A stretch of 61,117 bases of DNA from a virus (taxonomy: Duplodnaviria > Caudoviricetes): the IMG/VR virus record IMGVR_UViG_3300030330_002046, positions 1 to 61,117 of that record. One strand, given 5' to 3'. The notes beneath the pieces were generated by a model. The model did not search any database. It had not been told where the DNA came from and saw only the letters and a program-made list of their open reading frames with translations. Shown piece after piece: positions 41,598-51,922 of the stretch (position 1 is the first letter of the stretch; each line of letters starts with the position of its first letter). Both the position numbers and the translations under genes were made by a program.

Positions 41598-41987
41598 TTA
41601 TTTTTTAGACGAACCTCCAAAGAAAAAGTCAATAATAGTATTAACCTTACTTGACATAGCACCAAACACTGTAGATATAAAACCTATCTCATAGTCTGAC
41701 AACTCCAAAGTATTCATTACAAAATACTTAAACATAAAGTAAGAAATAAAAAAATAAGCACAAGTAAATATTATAGCTAATAGTTTTTGTATAATACTAT
41801 CATCACTAAACATTGTTCTAGCACTTTTTCTATCCTCTACCTCTAATCTAAAAATTTCTTGCTCGTGTTCTTTTCCTAGTTGCTCTAATTTATTTTTAAG
41901 AGCTAATCTTTCTTCATCAGTTGTTACAACCTCATCTATAATAGTTGAAGCTTGACCAACTAATTTACTTATTATATTTTTAAACAT
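41598..41987 (-). CDS. Putative holin
   Basis: Two hydrophobic helices, ends FFFGGSSKK, adjacent to endolysin; ATG 41987 preferred. Confidence 0.6.
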   Translation of the reverse strand: MFKNIISKLVGQASTIIDEVVTTDEERLALKNKLEQLGKEHEQEIFRLEVEDRKSARTMFSDDSIIQKLLAIIFTCAYFFISYFMFKYFVMNTLELSDYEIGFISTVFGAMSSKVNTIIDFFFGGSSKK

Positions 41988-42429
41988 ATTTATATTTTGT
42001 TTTTCCTTTTTCGTTTTTATACGCTTCAAGGATTTCTTTTCTATTTTCCTTTGACTTTAATGATATATGAATCCAAGCGTAATCAAATTCATTTATCATT
42101 TGGTCAAACTCTATACCTGAATCTATAACCCAATCATAAATAACTTTGTTATTCATTTTTCCTTCCTTCCAAAATTGGAGGTCCAAAGCCTCACCTTTGC
42201 AATGTTGCGAGCGACTACTTCCCCCGATAGCTTTATTAAGTTTTGGGCTGCGATAACCACTACTAATACGAATAGGACCAATAGCGTCCCGCATAGGTTG
42301 TATGAGATTATCAATAACCCTTTGCATATTTTCCAAGTGTTCATCAGACATTTCATTGCTAATATCTAATCTTTTTGCTGTATTACTGTGCTCTATTTCA
42401 GCACGAGTAAAGTTTTTACTTAACTTCAT
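41980..42429 (-). CDS. Peptidase M15 family endolysin
   Basis: SSGYRSPKLNKAIGGSSRSQHCKGEALD...WIHIS. Confidence 0.9.
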   Translation of the reverse strand: MKLSKNFTRAEIEHSNTAKRLDISNEMSDEHLENMQRVIDNLIQPMRDAIGPIRISSGYRSPKLNKAIGGSSRSQHCKGEALDLQFWKEGKMNNKVIYDWVIDSGIEFDQMINEFDYAWIHISLKSKENRKEILEAYKNEKGKTKYKYV

Positions 42430-42439
42430 TTTTATTTAT

Positions 42440-42775
42440 TTAAAATGCTTCCATAACTATTTCATCTATAGAGTTTTGAACTTCACTCTTAGTAGCTTCC
42501 ATAGTCATCATTATATTTGCTTGAAATCTTTTTACCTCTTCATTGTTATTAAATATAACAATAGTAGGCACAACTACTATTTTATATTCTTTAGACCACC
42601 TTGAATCTGCAGCTATATCTACTCTTTGTGTTTCACAGTCTGTAAGTTTAGACAACCAAGCTACTTCGTTAGCCTTATTAAAACTTGCATTAAACTCAAC
42701 AGCTACCATACCATCAGGAAAGTCTTGTGAATAGCTTAAAAAAGGTGTTAAAAAAAGTATTAATAATATTCTCAT
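42440..42775 (-). CDS. Exported thioredoxin-fold protein lacking CXXC
   Basis: Signal peptide ending SYS-Q; VEFNASFN in place of V.F.A.WC; YKIVVVPTIVIFNNNEEVKRF. Confidence 0.7.
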   Translation of the reverse strand: MRILLILFLTPFLSYSQDFPDGMVAVEFNASFNKANEVAWLSKLTDCETQRVDIAADSRWSKEYKIVVVPTIVIFNNNEEVKRFQANIMMTMEATKSEVQNSIDEIVMEAF

Positions 42776-42779
42776 ATTA

Positions 42780-43064
42780 CTATTTTAAGTTATCAATCTT
42801 AGTTTCCATTCTTAACATATGGTCTTTTATTTCTTTAACATCTTCTTGAGTAGTCATGATAGTTTGTCGGATAAGTTGGTCTTTCATGTCATACTCCATA
42901 CGAGTAATCTCAGGGTCAGGAGGTAATGGTAACTCTTTAGCGTCTGCTATATCGTTTTGAAGTGTAAACCACATACCTACTAATGTAAATATAAGTGCAG
43001 CAATACCTGCTAATGTTTTTAAACTTATATTAAAAGACGTTTCTTCGCTTAATTCTTTTGCCAT
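42780..43064 (-). CDS. Single-pass membrane protein with coiled coil
   Basis: LAGIAALIFTLVGMWFTL then heptads. Confidence 0.65.
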   Translation of the reverse strand: MAKELSEETSFNISLKTLAGIAALIFTLVGMWFTLQNDIADAKELPLPPDPEITRMEYDMKDQLIRQTIMTTQEDVKEIKDHMLRMETKIDNLK

Positions 43065-43066
43065 TT

Positions 43067-44164
43067 TTAAAATATTACATAATTAAGTCCAACACTAAAG
43101 TTGTGCCATTTTCTATTCCAATACTTATTATATCTTCCTTCTACAAATATACCTAAACTTTTATTAAACTTATAACCATAAATTAAACCTAAAGAATAGT
43201 CAATCCATTGACCATTATTATATTTATGATATGAATATAAATTATCAGTATCTACGTGGTATGGCATAATGTTTCCCCAAGTATGAAACCAAAAGTCTTT
43301 TGTAAAATGGTAATAGTCTAAACCTAAAACAAAAGAATACTCAACAATATTTGATAAAGAGTTTCTTTGTTTTTCTACATAATTATTTATAACTTGAGGT
43401 ATAACAACCTCTTCCCATACTTCTTGACTGTTAGCTACAAGCTCTCCGTCAGGTGAAAAATATTCTCCCCCTAGGGTTATGTTGTATCCTTCTTGAAGTG
43501 CAAGGTATGTATAATGTAAAGTTCCATTATCAAGTACCCAATCTTCAAGAGGGTCAAATCCGTAAGGTTCGGCAAGTCTTTGCACTAAACCCCCGTTAAA
43601 CGAAAGCTTGCCATCCCTTACTTTTAATCTAAATCTTTCAGACGCTTCAAAGTATTTTATATCAGCAAACCCATCTTCTAAATATTCTATTTTACTAACC
43701 CACTTGTCAGCAACGTATCTAACAAAATGATGTTGATTAGTATAGTTTATTCCTAGTCTTCTTACAAAATCAGCCTCAAACAAATATTCAAAACCATCTA
43801 CTCTACCAATAGTTGCGGCATCAGAATAAGAATTTTCTGTACCATTATAAAAAGTAAGAGCTCTATTTTCATAACCAAATCTTTTTATCTTTCTTATACC
43901 TACAGAAAAAGTATAATCAAAAGGCGTTTCTATTGTTTGCTCTTGCAAAGAACCTGTAGTTACAGACCATATTTGATTATCACCTAATGACGTTCCACCA
44001 TTAACTGCGGCATAAATAGTAGAATATTTAAATATTTTATGCAAGCTTTGAGCGTTGCAACTACTAGATACAAGCGTAAATAATATTGTATACGCTATAG
44101 CCATTCCTAGCCAAAAAAACATATAAGCTATAGCAGGTGTAACTTTTTTTAATACTCTTCTCAT
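43067..44164 (-). CDS. Putative outer-membrane beta-barrel protein
   Basis: N-terminal hydrophobic signal; alternating aromatic beta strands; C-terminal NFSVGLNYVIF beta-signal. Confidence 0.6.
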   Translation of the reverse strand: MRRVLKKVTPAIAYMFFWLGMAIAYTILFTLVSSSCNAQSLHKIFKYSTIYAAVNGGTSLGDNQIWSVTTGSLQEQTIETPFDYTFSVGIRKIKRFGYENRALTFYNGTENSYSDAATIGRVDGFEYLFEADFVRRLGINYTNQHHFVRYVADKWVSKIEYLEDGFADIKYFEASERFRLKVRDGKLSFNGGLVQRLAEPYGFDPLEDWVLDNGTLHYTYLALQEGYNITLGGEYFSPDGELVANSQEVWEEVVIPQVINNYVEKQRNSLSNIVEYSFVLGLDYYHFTKDFWFHTWGNIMPYHVDTDNLYSYHKYNNGQWIDYSLGLIYGYKFNKSLGIFVEGRYNKYWNRKWHNFSVGLNYVIF

Positions 44165-46329
44165 TTCTTTAATACTTTTGTGGTACTTGTATTACCATCA
44201 TATGTTACACTAAAATTATACACACCTGCAGGTAGCAAGCTTACATCTAATTGATTTAAACCTTTTGTAGTATGATTTTCTTTAACTTTTATTACAAGTC
44301 TACCTGACACATCATATACTTCTATATCTACAGGACCATTTGTTAGTATATTTAAAACGTCACCCATAGGGTTAGGATACATAACTATATTATGTCCTCT
44401 AAGTAAGTCTCTTGTATCTAAAGGACTATCGTCTGAACAACTCCAATATAACTGCTGACATTTTTCATCCCAATTTGTATTACAACAATAAGGGTCTACC
44501 ATAATAACCCAAGCATAACAAGTATCATTTAACCAATAAGGGTCACCCGGCTCTCCTACACAACCTGCATCATATAAACATTCAGATTCTGTATTAGCAA
44601 AAACATTATAATTATATGCACTTGCATCCATACAACCCTCTACTATTAATTCGCACTCATCTTCTGCATTAGCTAATGAGTCATAATTAAATGCCGTACT
44701 ATCCATACAGCCATAAATAAATGGTATACAACTAAAGTCTTCTGTATTAGCTTCTTCATTATAATTAAAAGCTTCAGGGTCTGTACAGCCTAACACTGTA
44801 ATAAAACAAGAACCATTATCAACATTAGCTATAGGGTCATAGTTGTCAGCTAAGGTATCCATACAACCAAAATATAAACAAGACCCATCTTCTGTATTAG
44901 CAGCAAAGTTATAGTTCCATGCTATTTCATCCATACAACCAACAACTACTGCTACACAACTACCGTTGTCTACATTAGCAAGTGAGTCATAGTTAAATGC
45001 GAAGGATGAAGTACAACCTTCTACTATTTCAATACAAGACCCATCATCTGTGTTTGCTAAAGAATCATAATTAAGAGATTGTTCATCTAAACAACCATAA
45101 ACTGTAGGTATACAATAATCACCACAAAAAGGCATTGCTTCATATATAGTCCAAAAAGGTGGACCATATGGTTGAAGTGCTCCTTGTCCATTAAAAGAAA
45201 ATGGAAACACACCACCCTGTAGCGTTACATTATCATTTGAGTTTATAAGTCTAAATGAATTGTGCATAGTTTGAAAACTAGCCTCTTGAATAGGCTGTTG
45301 AGGTCCCACCACTTGAAAGTAAAACACTTTTATTGGTTGGTCTGTATGCAATTGGAGAGTAAATTCTTTTTGATATAATCCGGGCTCAACACTAAACTCA
45401 CCTATTATATCATTACCTTGAGAAATACCTATATAAGAACTACCCCAACCATCACCACCATCATCTTCTAATACTAAAGTATATTCACACTGAGGTATTA
45501 TTTCATTTAACGTAGCTTCAGGATTGTAATTAAAAGAATTAGGATTTATACATCCTAAAGTATGTAATGTTTCACAGCTACCATTATCTATATTAGCATT
45601 AGGATTAAACTCAATATAATCTGCATCTAAACAACCCGGTATAGCCTCAACGCCACAAGCAGGTATCCATAAAGGTCCTGAATAAGCAACACTTCCAAAA
45701 TTAGCTGTGTCTAAGTCAAAAAATACATCAGGACCATTACCACAAGGGTAGTCACCATATATGATAAGGTCTCCATCAGAACCACCATTATACAAAGAGC
45801 CTGCAAGCCCATCACCATATGTGTCGCTAAGAATAATTTCAACACCCGTTTCAGGTACGCAAATATCATATACAATAGTTTGGTTTGATTGATTATAATT
45901 AAATGTTCCTGCAGGAATATTTTCTATATATTCACCATTAGATATATCAGTTACAATAAGACCTGTTTCACTAGGAAATTGGTCTAAAGTAAGTGATATT
46001 TTAATTAATGAAAACCCTGAAGAACATTCAGAAACAACACAGCTACCATCATCTAAGGTAGCCCAAGGATTAAAGTTTGGTGATTCTATATCTGTACAGC
46101 CAAGTACTGCAGATTCGTCTATTGGAATCTCACAGTCTCCTGCGTCATAACCAAACTCTTCACAATTAAAATCTATAGGAGTGCCGTTCCATGTATAAGA
46201 ACCGTCATCACAAAACCCATCACCTATCCAACTTTGCGGTGAAGGTGTTCCAAAACAATCTATAATAGTATCTTGAGAATAAGAAATACCTGCTATCAGC
46301 AGGCATATAAATAATAGTACTTTTTTCAT
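44161..46329 (-). CDS. T9SS type A CTD cargo protein with ~10 Cys-rich GCxD..A.NY...A..DDGSC repeats
   Basis: Signal peptide; C-terminus MYPNP...IEVYDVSGRLV...LDVSLLPAGVY...TTKVLKK. Confidence 0.85.
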   Translation of the reverse strand: MKKVLLFICLLIAGISYSQDTIIDCFGTPSPQSWIGDGFCDDGSYTWNGTPIDFNCEEFGYDAGDCEIPIDESAVLGCTDIESPNFNPWATLDDGSCVVSECSSGFSLIKISLTLDQFPSETGLIVTDISNGEYIENIPAGTFNYNQSNQTIVYDICVPETGVEIILSDTYGDGLAGSLYNGGSDGDLIIYGDYPCGNGPDVFFDLDTANFGSVAYSGPLWIPACGVEAIPGCLDADYIEFNPNANIDNGSCETLHTLGCINPNSFNYNPEATLNEIIPQCEYTLVLEDDGGDGWGSSYIGISQGNDIIGEFSVEPGLYQKEFTLQLHTDQPIKVFYFQVVGPQQPIQEASFQTMHNSFRLINSNDNVTLQGGVFPFSFNGQGALQPYGPPFWTIYEAMPFCGDYCIPTVYGCLDEQSLNYDSLANTDDGSCIEIVEGCTSSFAFNYDSLANVDNGSCVAVVVGCMDEIAWNYNFAANTEDGSCLYFGCMDTLADNYDPIANVDNGSCFITVLGCTDPEAFNYNEEANTEDFSCIPFIYGCMDSTAFNYDSLANAEDECELIVEGCMDASAYNYNVFANTESECLYDAGCVGEPGDPYWLNDTCYAWVIMVDPYCCNTNWDEKCQQLYWSCSDDSPLDTRDLLRGHNIVMYPNPMGDVLNILTNGPVDIEVYDVSGRLVIKVKENHTTKGLNQLDVSLLPAGVYNFSVTYDGNTSTTKVLKK

Positions 46330-46330
46330 T

Positions 46331-46645
46331 TTACCATTTAACTTTATCAGCCCAATAGGCTGCTGAACATCTTCCTTTTTTAATGTTTTTTGCGTGTCTT
46401 GCTTTAAATGATTTTCTTTTAGCTTTCATTCTAGCACTTTCACCTTTTCTAGGTGCACCTGCTGTGCCTGAAACTGTACCTACTTTTTTACCTTGCTGAC
46501 CAAAACGTATAGTCTTTAACTTACCTTTACAGTTTGTTACAACAACGTGTGACTTTGTTTTATGGCTAGGAGTTCTTTTTGGCTTGTTTAAGCCACTAAC
46601 TCCTGCACGTTTTAGTGCAGCACTCTTTTGTTTTTTACTTATCAT
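46331..46645 (-). CDS. Small basic protein
   Basis: KTIRFGQQG...RKSFKARH...SAAYWADKVKW. Confidence 0.7.
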   Translation of the reverse strand: MISKKQKSAALKRAGVSGLNKPKRTPSHKTKSHVVVTNCKGKLKTIRFGQQGKKVGTVSGTAGAPRKGESARMKAKRKSFKARHAKNIKKGRCSAAYWADKVKW

Positions 46646-46704
46646 CCTTAACTATTTTATAGATTATTTTACAAGGAGGAAATGTTGCAGTTGTTATCCA
46701 CATA

Positions 46705-47064
46705 CTATAATTCTTCTTCAGGTATGTTTGCGTTAATAAAAGCAATTGCTTCTTTATTTGTCATTAAGGTGTTATTAGGACTACTAAGACCCGAACCTAA
46801 CGATATTAGAGCAGAGACCTCTGAAGATGTCCAACTTGCTTCTAACTCCATAACATAATAATTTACACTATCAACAGTAACTGTTACTACAGCTCCAAAA
46901 AGAGATTTATTGATTTCACCTAATTCTCTAAATGTAGGTGTAGTTTTACCTGTCTCAACACCTTCATCATCAAACACAGGGATTCCATATTTATTTACTA
47001 ACTCTGTTGGAATTGAGCCTTCATAGGTTGACTCATTTAAACTGATGTATACATTTCCTCTCAT
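46705..47064 (-). CDS. Hypothetical protein
   Basis: 119-aa ORF. Confidence 0.65.
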   Translation of the reverse strand: MRGNVYISLNESTYEGSIPTELVNKYGIPVFDDEGVETGKTTPTFRELGEINKSLFGAVVTVTVDSVNYYVMELEASWTSSEVSALISLGSGLSSPNNTLMTNKEAIAFINANIPEEEL

Positions 47065-47066
47065 AA

Positions 47067-47420
47067 TTATCCTCTTGAAATTTTAACCACATCTCTGTCA
47101 TTCCATAATTGACCTGCTACTCTAGGGTCTGATGTTGGTAAAGAAGAGCCTGATGCAGTTGAACTTATACTATCTGCAACAACATCATCATCTGATGTGT
47201 TTTGAACAGACTTTAAAAGTATATGACAAAAAGCTCTTAGTGTTTCAGCAGTAATAGACTTTTCTCCTGTAGTTTCAAAAAGCTCTTCTACCATATCAAG
47301 AAGCTCTGCTCTTGTTCTTTTTTCATCTGAATCTACTACAACCTTAGTAAGAGTTTGTTGTCTTACTCTAGTTTTGTATGCGTTTCTTGTTGACGAATTT
47401 GTGTAATCTCCTTTTGCCAT
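47067..47420 (-). CDS. Hypothetical virion protein
   Basis: Ends LPTSDPRVAGQLWND...KIS, a fibre-associated type motif. Confidence 0.55.
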   Translation of the reverse strand: MAKGDYTNSSTRNAYKTRVRQQTLTKVVVDSDEKRTRAELLDMVEELFETTGEKSITAETLRAFCHILLKSVQNTSDDDVVADSISSTASGSSLPTSDPRVAGQLWNDRDVVKISRG

Positions 47421-47431
47421 TTTATCTATTT

Positions 47432-50400
47432 TTAATTTCCATAATCTGATGAGAAGTCATCACTAAATGATGAACCAACTGTATGCGTATCTAAACCTGC
47501 TAGATAATTTTGTTCTATTTCATCTGAACTTAAAAGTCTGTTATAAAGACGAACATCATCTATTAGCTGTTTATAATATCTTGTTGAAGTGTTATCAACA
47601 CCTATTTTAGGTTGAGCTGTATTTAAAGTTACAACAGAAGGTGAAGTCGGTATAGCTGCTAAATCTCCATTAATGTATAAACTTGAAACACCACTTGGAG
47701 TTCTTACAAGAGCAACATGATACCATTGTCCTTTAACAAATGTTGTAAGTGAATCTATTGTTACACCCGAAACATAAGCACGTATTTTATTTGAGTCAAA
47801 TGTTACTATCCCAACATTACCTGCTGCAGTAACATCGTTGTTACCATCAAAAACCCATATAACATTAACAGTATCACCTGTATTTATAAACTCAGCTTTA
47901 ACCCAAGCTTCTAATGTGAAAGGACCATCTCCTATATTTAAACTAGTAGATTGAGCTACATCAGCATAACCTGTTCCGTCTAAATTAAATGAATGCTCTC
48001 TAAGTCTTAAAGAGTTATTAAAACTATCCTTACCTTTATTTTTTGGGTCTTGTATAATACTTGCACCTGAAGGATGAGAATTAGTAGCTCTTATATAAGG
48101 TTTTAATATATTTGTACTAGCATCAGTGCTAGTCATGTGAGCACCCGCAATAATTACTTCAGTTAATTCATTATCAGAGTGTCTAAAGTCTACTGCGTAG
48201 TAATGGGCATTAGAAGACGTACTAAAGTGTTGAAAAAATTGCCACTCATTTGTAACAACAGGAAGATTTCCACTATTAAAATTCGTATAATAAACATTTA
48301 AAGCTACCTTACCTGAGCCACTAACTGTTTTAGCCCAAATACCTTTAGCTTTACCTGTTGCAATTACATTCAAATTGTTGCCCGAAAAAATAGCACAATA
48401 CTGTGAGCTAGGCTGTGATGCGGTTAATTTCCAAGCTTGACTGACTCCCGGAGGTAAATCATTTATATATTCAGTACGAGTTATTCCGGAAGCTGTCCAT
48501 ACTGCATTACTTATATCTTCATTATGAAGAATTAAATTTTCAGCATTATAAGTGTAGTCCATCATACCTAATTGAGGTATCGTAGACTGACCATTATTAT
48601 ATACCGCACCATTAATTTCAGTATCTCTATCAACAACATTTTGAATTTCAATATCTTCTATTAAAGCTTGGGTTGTTGGACCAAAAGTAAAATTATAATC
48701 TCCTGAACCTGATTCTATAATAACTTCATTAACTATTTCGTTTGTAGCACCTGATGTAGGAGTAAGTGAAATTTCAGTATTATCAGTTTTAAATTCTATT
48801 GAGCCACCTGCATTAATAGTATATTTAAATGAAATTAAATATTTTTCTCCTACATCTAGTGATGTTGCAGTAGACTTTTTCTTAGCTATTCTAAATTCAT
48901 TATTTACAGTATCAGGCAGTGTAGAAATTAAGTTTGAACTAATAAATAAACCATATCTATTTTGATGATTTTCAAAAGTGTTTGTATAGTCTGAATTTAC
49001 TAATGATAATTCTTCATTATAACCACTGTTAATAGCAAGACTTCCGCTACCTTCATTTAATGGAAAATATCCTCGTAAATTATTTGGTAATATATTAGTA
49101 GTAGGATTGTCTAAAACAAGATGATTAGGATTTTGATAATCATATAAGGCATCTTCAGCAGTCCAAGCTGCATTATAAACTTGTACATCTGCAATCTTAC
49201 CATCAAAATGTTTTGCGTTAGCTGCATTAGTACTTCCTGTAGCTCCTATTGCAAAACCAACACCAAACCTGTATGGAGATATAGTTGTTGACTCTTGACC
49301 GGGTTCACCATCTAAATATACAGTCATATTACCATCAACAATAACAGCTACAACTCTTTGCCAAACTAAATCCCTAATATTTTTAATAGGCTTTATGTTC
49401 ACATAACTATTTGTAGTGTCATATTTATTGACTACAAGCTTAGTTCCTTTTATAGATATTCCAAACCTATTATCAGTATCTATTCCATTATTAAATATAG
49501 ATTGTTCTTGAGTTACATCATTAGTGTTAAACCAAGCAGCTACAGTCCAACTTCCTGAAGCAATATCTATTGGAAAACTTGATGTATTATAGAGTTGGTC
49601 GTTTACACCATCAAAATCAAGTGCTTTACCTGTAAAAGGAGTTGCAGGATTTTTTATTGGACCTATATCACTGTACGTTAATTCTTTTATTGAAATGTCA
49701 CTAATATTAATAGAACCAACACCTGTATTCTTAGATTTTATTCTTGCAGAAGTATTACCTGTACATTGAGCAGTAAAAGTAAATTCATCTGTTCCATTAA
49801 AATTAAAAGATTCTGAGTTTACGCCAAGGAACATACTAAAATCACCTGAGGTATAGCTTGAAAACTTTACAGTCATTCTATAAATCTTACCTATAGTAAG
49901 TATGTTATTTGTAAGAGTGCTTCCTGTACCGTCATTGGTAGCTACACCATTTGATACACTCCAACCACCATTAGCATTCCACGTTCCATCATTTAATTCA
50001 GAGCCAACATTTTCAGTTAAACCTCTTGAAGCATCAGGCACAACCTGAGTTATTTCTTTTACTGACACATTACTAACTGAAAAAGTTTGAGTAGCATTAT
50101 TATTTTGAATAACTACAGAGTGCTCATCAGAAGTAGCGGTCATAATCCTTTTATAAGTACCAACAGAAGAAAAACTTTGTTGAATAGTTCCCGAAAAACT
50201 ACCAACATTTTTACTTCCAAATCCAAAGTTTAAAGTACTGTTGCTTATACTATCTATTGTAATAGTTAACTCATACTGAGCACCAACTTTTGTTTTTAAG
50301 TTTTGTAATCCTCTTCTATATTGAGCTCCTGAACCATCATAACTAAGAGTTCCGTTAGATATACTATAACCTTGAGACCCATTATAAATCCAATTACCTT

Positions 50401-50557
50401 CACTAGAAAAATCGCCATTAGTAACTAGCTCTTTATCTTGTTTTTCAGTTCTTTCAAAAGGAAGCCAAAATCTTAGATTTTCAAGTACAACTTGAGACAC
50501 AACAGTTGCTACTGCAGATGTTGCACTTAATATTATATTACCTATAATATTTAACAT
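47432..50557 (-). CDS. LamG/concanavalin A-like domain tail fibre/spike protein
   Basis: ALDFDGVND...FDGKIADVQVYN and FTLEAWVK...WYHVALVR...IDDVRLYNRLLS. Confidence 0.8.
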   Translation of the reverse strand: MLNIIGNIILSATSAVATVVSQVVLENLRFWLPFERTEKQDKELVTNGDFSSEGNWIYNGSQGYSISNGTLSYDGSGAQYRRGLQNLKTKVGAQYELTITIDSISNSTLNFGFGSKNVGSFSGTIQQSFSSVGTYKRIMTATSDEHSVVIQNNNATQTFSVSNVSVKEITQVVPDASRGLTENVGSELNDGTWNANGGWSVSNGVATNDGTGSTLTNNILTIGKIYRMTVKFSSYTSGDFSMFLGVNSESFNFNGTDEFTFTAQCTGNTSARIKSKNTGVGSINISDISIKELTYSDIGPIKNPATPFTGKALDFDGVNDQLYNTSSFPIDIASGSWTVAAWFNTNDVTQEQSIFNNGIDTDNRFGISIKGTKLVVNKYDTTNSYVNIKPIKNIRDLVWQRVVAVIVDGNMTVYLDGEPGQESTTISPYRFGVGFAIGATGSTNAANAKHFDGKIADVQVYNAAWTAEDALYDYQNPNHLVLDNPTTNILPNNLRGYFPLNEGSGSLAINSGYNEELSLVNSDYTNTFENHQNRYGLFISSNLISTLPDTVNNEFRIAKKKSTATSLDVGEKYLISFKYTINAGGSIEFKTDNTEISLTPTSGATNEIVNEVIIESGSGDYNFTFGPTTQALIEDIEIQNVVDRDTEINGAVYNNGQSTIPQLGMMDYTYNAENLILHNEDISNAVWTASGITRTEYINDLPPGVSQAWKLTASQPSSQYCAIFSGNNLNVIATGKAKGIWAKTVSGSGKVALNVYYTNFNSGNLPVVTNEWQFFQHFSTSSNAHYYAVDFRHSDNELTEVIIAGAHMTSTDASTNILKPYIRATNSHPSGASIIQDPKNKGKDSFNNSLRLREHSFNLDGTGYADVAQSTSLNIGDGPFTLEAWVKAEFINTGDTVNVIWVFDGNNDVTAAGNVGIVTFDSNKIRAYVSGVTIDSLTTFVKGQWYHVALVRTPSGVSSLYINGDLAAIPTSPSVVTLNTAQPKIGVDNTSTRYYKQLIDDVRLYNRLLSSDEIEQNYLAGLDTHTVGSSFSDDFSSDYGN

Positions 50558-50560
50558 AAC

Positions 50561-51040
50561 TTACCAAAGAGCTACTAGGTTAGTAGCAGTAGTGTCAGTT
50601 GAATTTATTCTTTTTATATCATTTATAGGAACAAATAAACCTGTAGGCACACCACTTAAAACAACAGTATCACCACTTATAGTAGTAACTGATATATCTC
50701 CTGTTCCACCACAATACAATGCACAACCCATTGGAGGATTATCAACTGTTGAGTATATAACATATGTATATGAACTAGGTACAGTTGAAGTTACACTAAG
50801 AACGGTAGCACTATCTACTGCAGTAACTTTTACAGCTCTTGGTGCTGCTCCATCAGCGTATATAATATCACCAACCTTTACACGTTTATTTATAAAGTCA
50901 CCATCTGCGTCAGTTAACTTGTTTACAGCTCCTGAATCTGATATTCCTGACTGAGCAACAGCAGCCGGGTTAGGTATATCTACAGTGTTGCTTGGTATAA
51001 CCTTAAGTAATCTGCTTGCTTGTAATTTTTGAGTAGCCAT
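50561..51040 (-). CDS. Putative virion structural (spike-base-like) protein
   Basis: ALYCGGTGDISV...GVPTG.FVPI...RI.ST.TTATNLVALW. Confidence 0.55.
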   Translation of the reverse strand: MATQKLQASRLLKVIPSNTVDIPNPAAVAQSGISDSGAVNKLTDADGDFINKRVKVGDIIYADGAAPRAVKVTAVDSATVLSVTSTVPSSYTYVIYSTVDNPPMGCALYCGGTGDISVTTISGDTVVLSGVPTGLFVPINDIKRINSTDTTATNLVALW

Positions 51041-51201
51041 TATTTATTTTGTTTATATGGAAAAATTCTGTTTAGTGTATCTTTTCTTTGACCGCAACCA
51101 CAATCTTTACCTGTAGCTTTAGACACTTTGTCAACAACTTTTTTAATACCTGTTGATTTAGTAAATTTTTCTATTGTGTCTCCGAGTCCTTTTGATTTCA
51201 T
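51040..51201 (-). CDS. Small protein (53 aa; not in ORF track)
   Basis: MKSKGLGDTIEKFTKSTGIKKVV...DCGCGQRKDTLNRIFPY; TAATG coupling. Confidence 0.7.
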   Translation of the reverse strand: MKSKGLGDTIEKFTKSTGIKKVVDKVSKATGKDCGCGQRKDTLNRIFPYKQNK

Positions 51202-51215
51202 ATTATAAATTTTTA

Positions 51216-51245
51216 CAAAGATAACTAAAAAAAATTATAACTTTG
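51216..51245. promoter_or_regulatory. Back-to-back divergent TAnnTTTG promoters
   Basis: TATCTTTG on - (51216-51223) and TAACTTTG on + (51238-51245). Confidence 0.65.
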
Positions 51246-51264
51246 TAATCATAAATCTAATCAA

Positions 51265-51699
51265 ATGAATAACGACTATCTTAAATATTGGAGAGTCATC
51301 CGATATTTTATCAAAGCTAAATATGGTTTATCACAAGCTGAACTAGATGTAATATTGTTTCTAAAGTCAGAAGGATATTTTGACAAAGCAAAGTTTGAAG
51401 AGTTTAACGAGCTACTTAGTTGGAATGAAAACAGGTTTGATAAACTACTAAGAGATGGATGGGTAGAAGTCTTTAGAAAAAGATGTGGACCTACACGTGC
51501 AATATATGTGTTGTCCTATAAAGCTAAAAGGGTGTGCACCTCTATATATAAAAAACTAAGTGGAGAAGAAATCCCCACTAGCCTATCAGCAAACCCTATG
51601 TTTGCTAAGAATGTCAAGTACACCGACAAGGTGTACCGAAATTTTATAAAAGAAATGAACGCTTCTATAAGACAACAACGACATCGTTCTCACGAATAA
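51265..51699 (+). CDS. Putative winged-helix (MarR-like) regulator
   Basis: YGLSQAELDVILFL...FDKLLRDGWVE...IYVLSYKAK; lone + strand gene with its own promoter. Confidence 0.55.
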   Translation: MNNDYLKYWRVIRYFIKAKYGLSQAELDVILFLKSEGYFDKAKFEEFNELLSWNENRFDKLLRDGWVEVFRKRCGPTRAIYVLSYKAKRVCTSIYKKLSGEEIPTSLSANPMFAKNVKYTDKVYRNFIKEMNASIRQQRHRSHE

Positions 51700-51922
51700 T
51701 CGTATACTGCACGTCTTCTATAAACATAGAATAACCTGCTCGTGTGTCGTAATATATTACATCACCTTCATTTATTTTTGTTACCTCAGTACCGGGTTTA
51801 ACAACAGTACCTTTTTTATATCTTATCTTATCAACGTCATCTCCTGAAAGTAAAATACCTGATTGTGTTTTTACCTCTTCTTTAATTTCATTGATTACAA
51901 TATATTTTCCTATTGGTTTCAT
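51665..51922 (-). CDS. groES: Co-chaperonin GroES
   Basis: MKPIGKYIVI...KTQSGILL...GTVVKPG...EGDVIYY...IIRENDVVVVL. Confidence 0.9.
   Translation of the reverse strand: MKPIGKYIVINEIKEEVKTQSGILLSGDDVDKIRYKKGTVVKPGTEVTKINEGDVIYYDTRAGYSMFIEDVQYTIIRENDVVVVL

Noticed and set aside
42440-42775. Redox-active thioredoxin
   Set aside because: The WCXXC site is replaced by FNKAN; only one Cys remains
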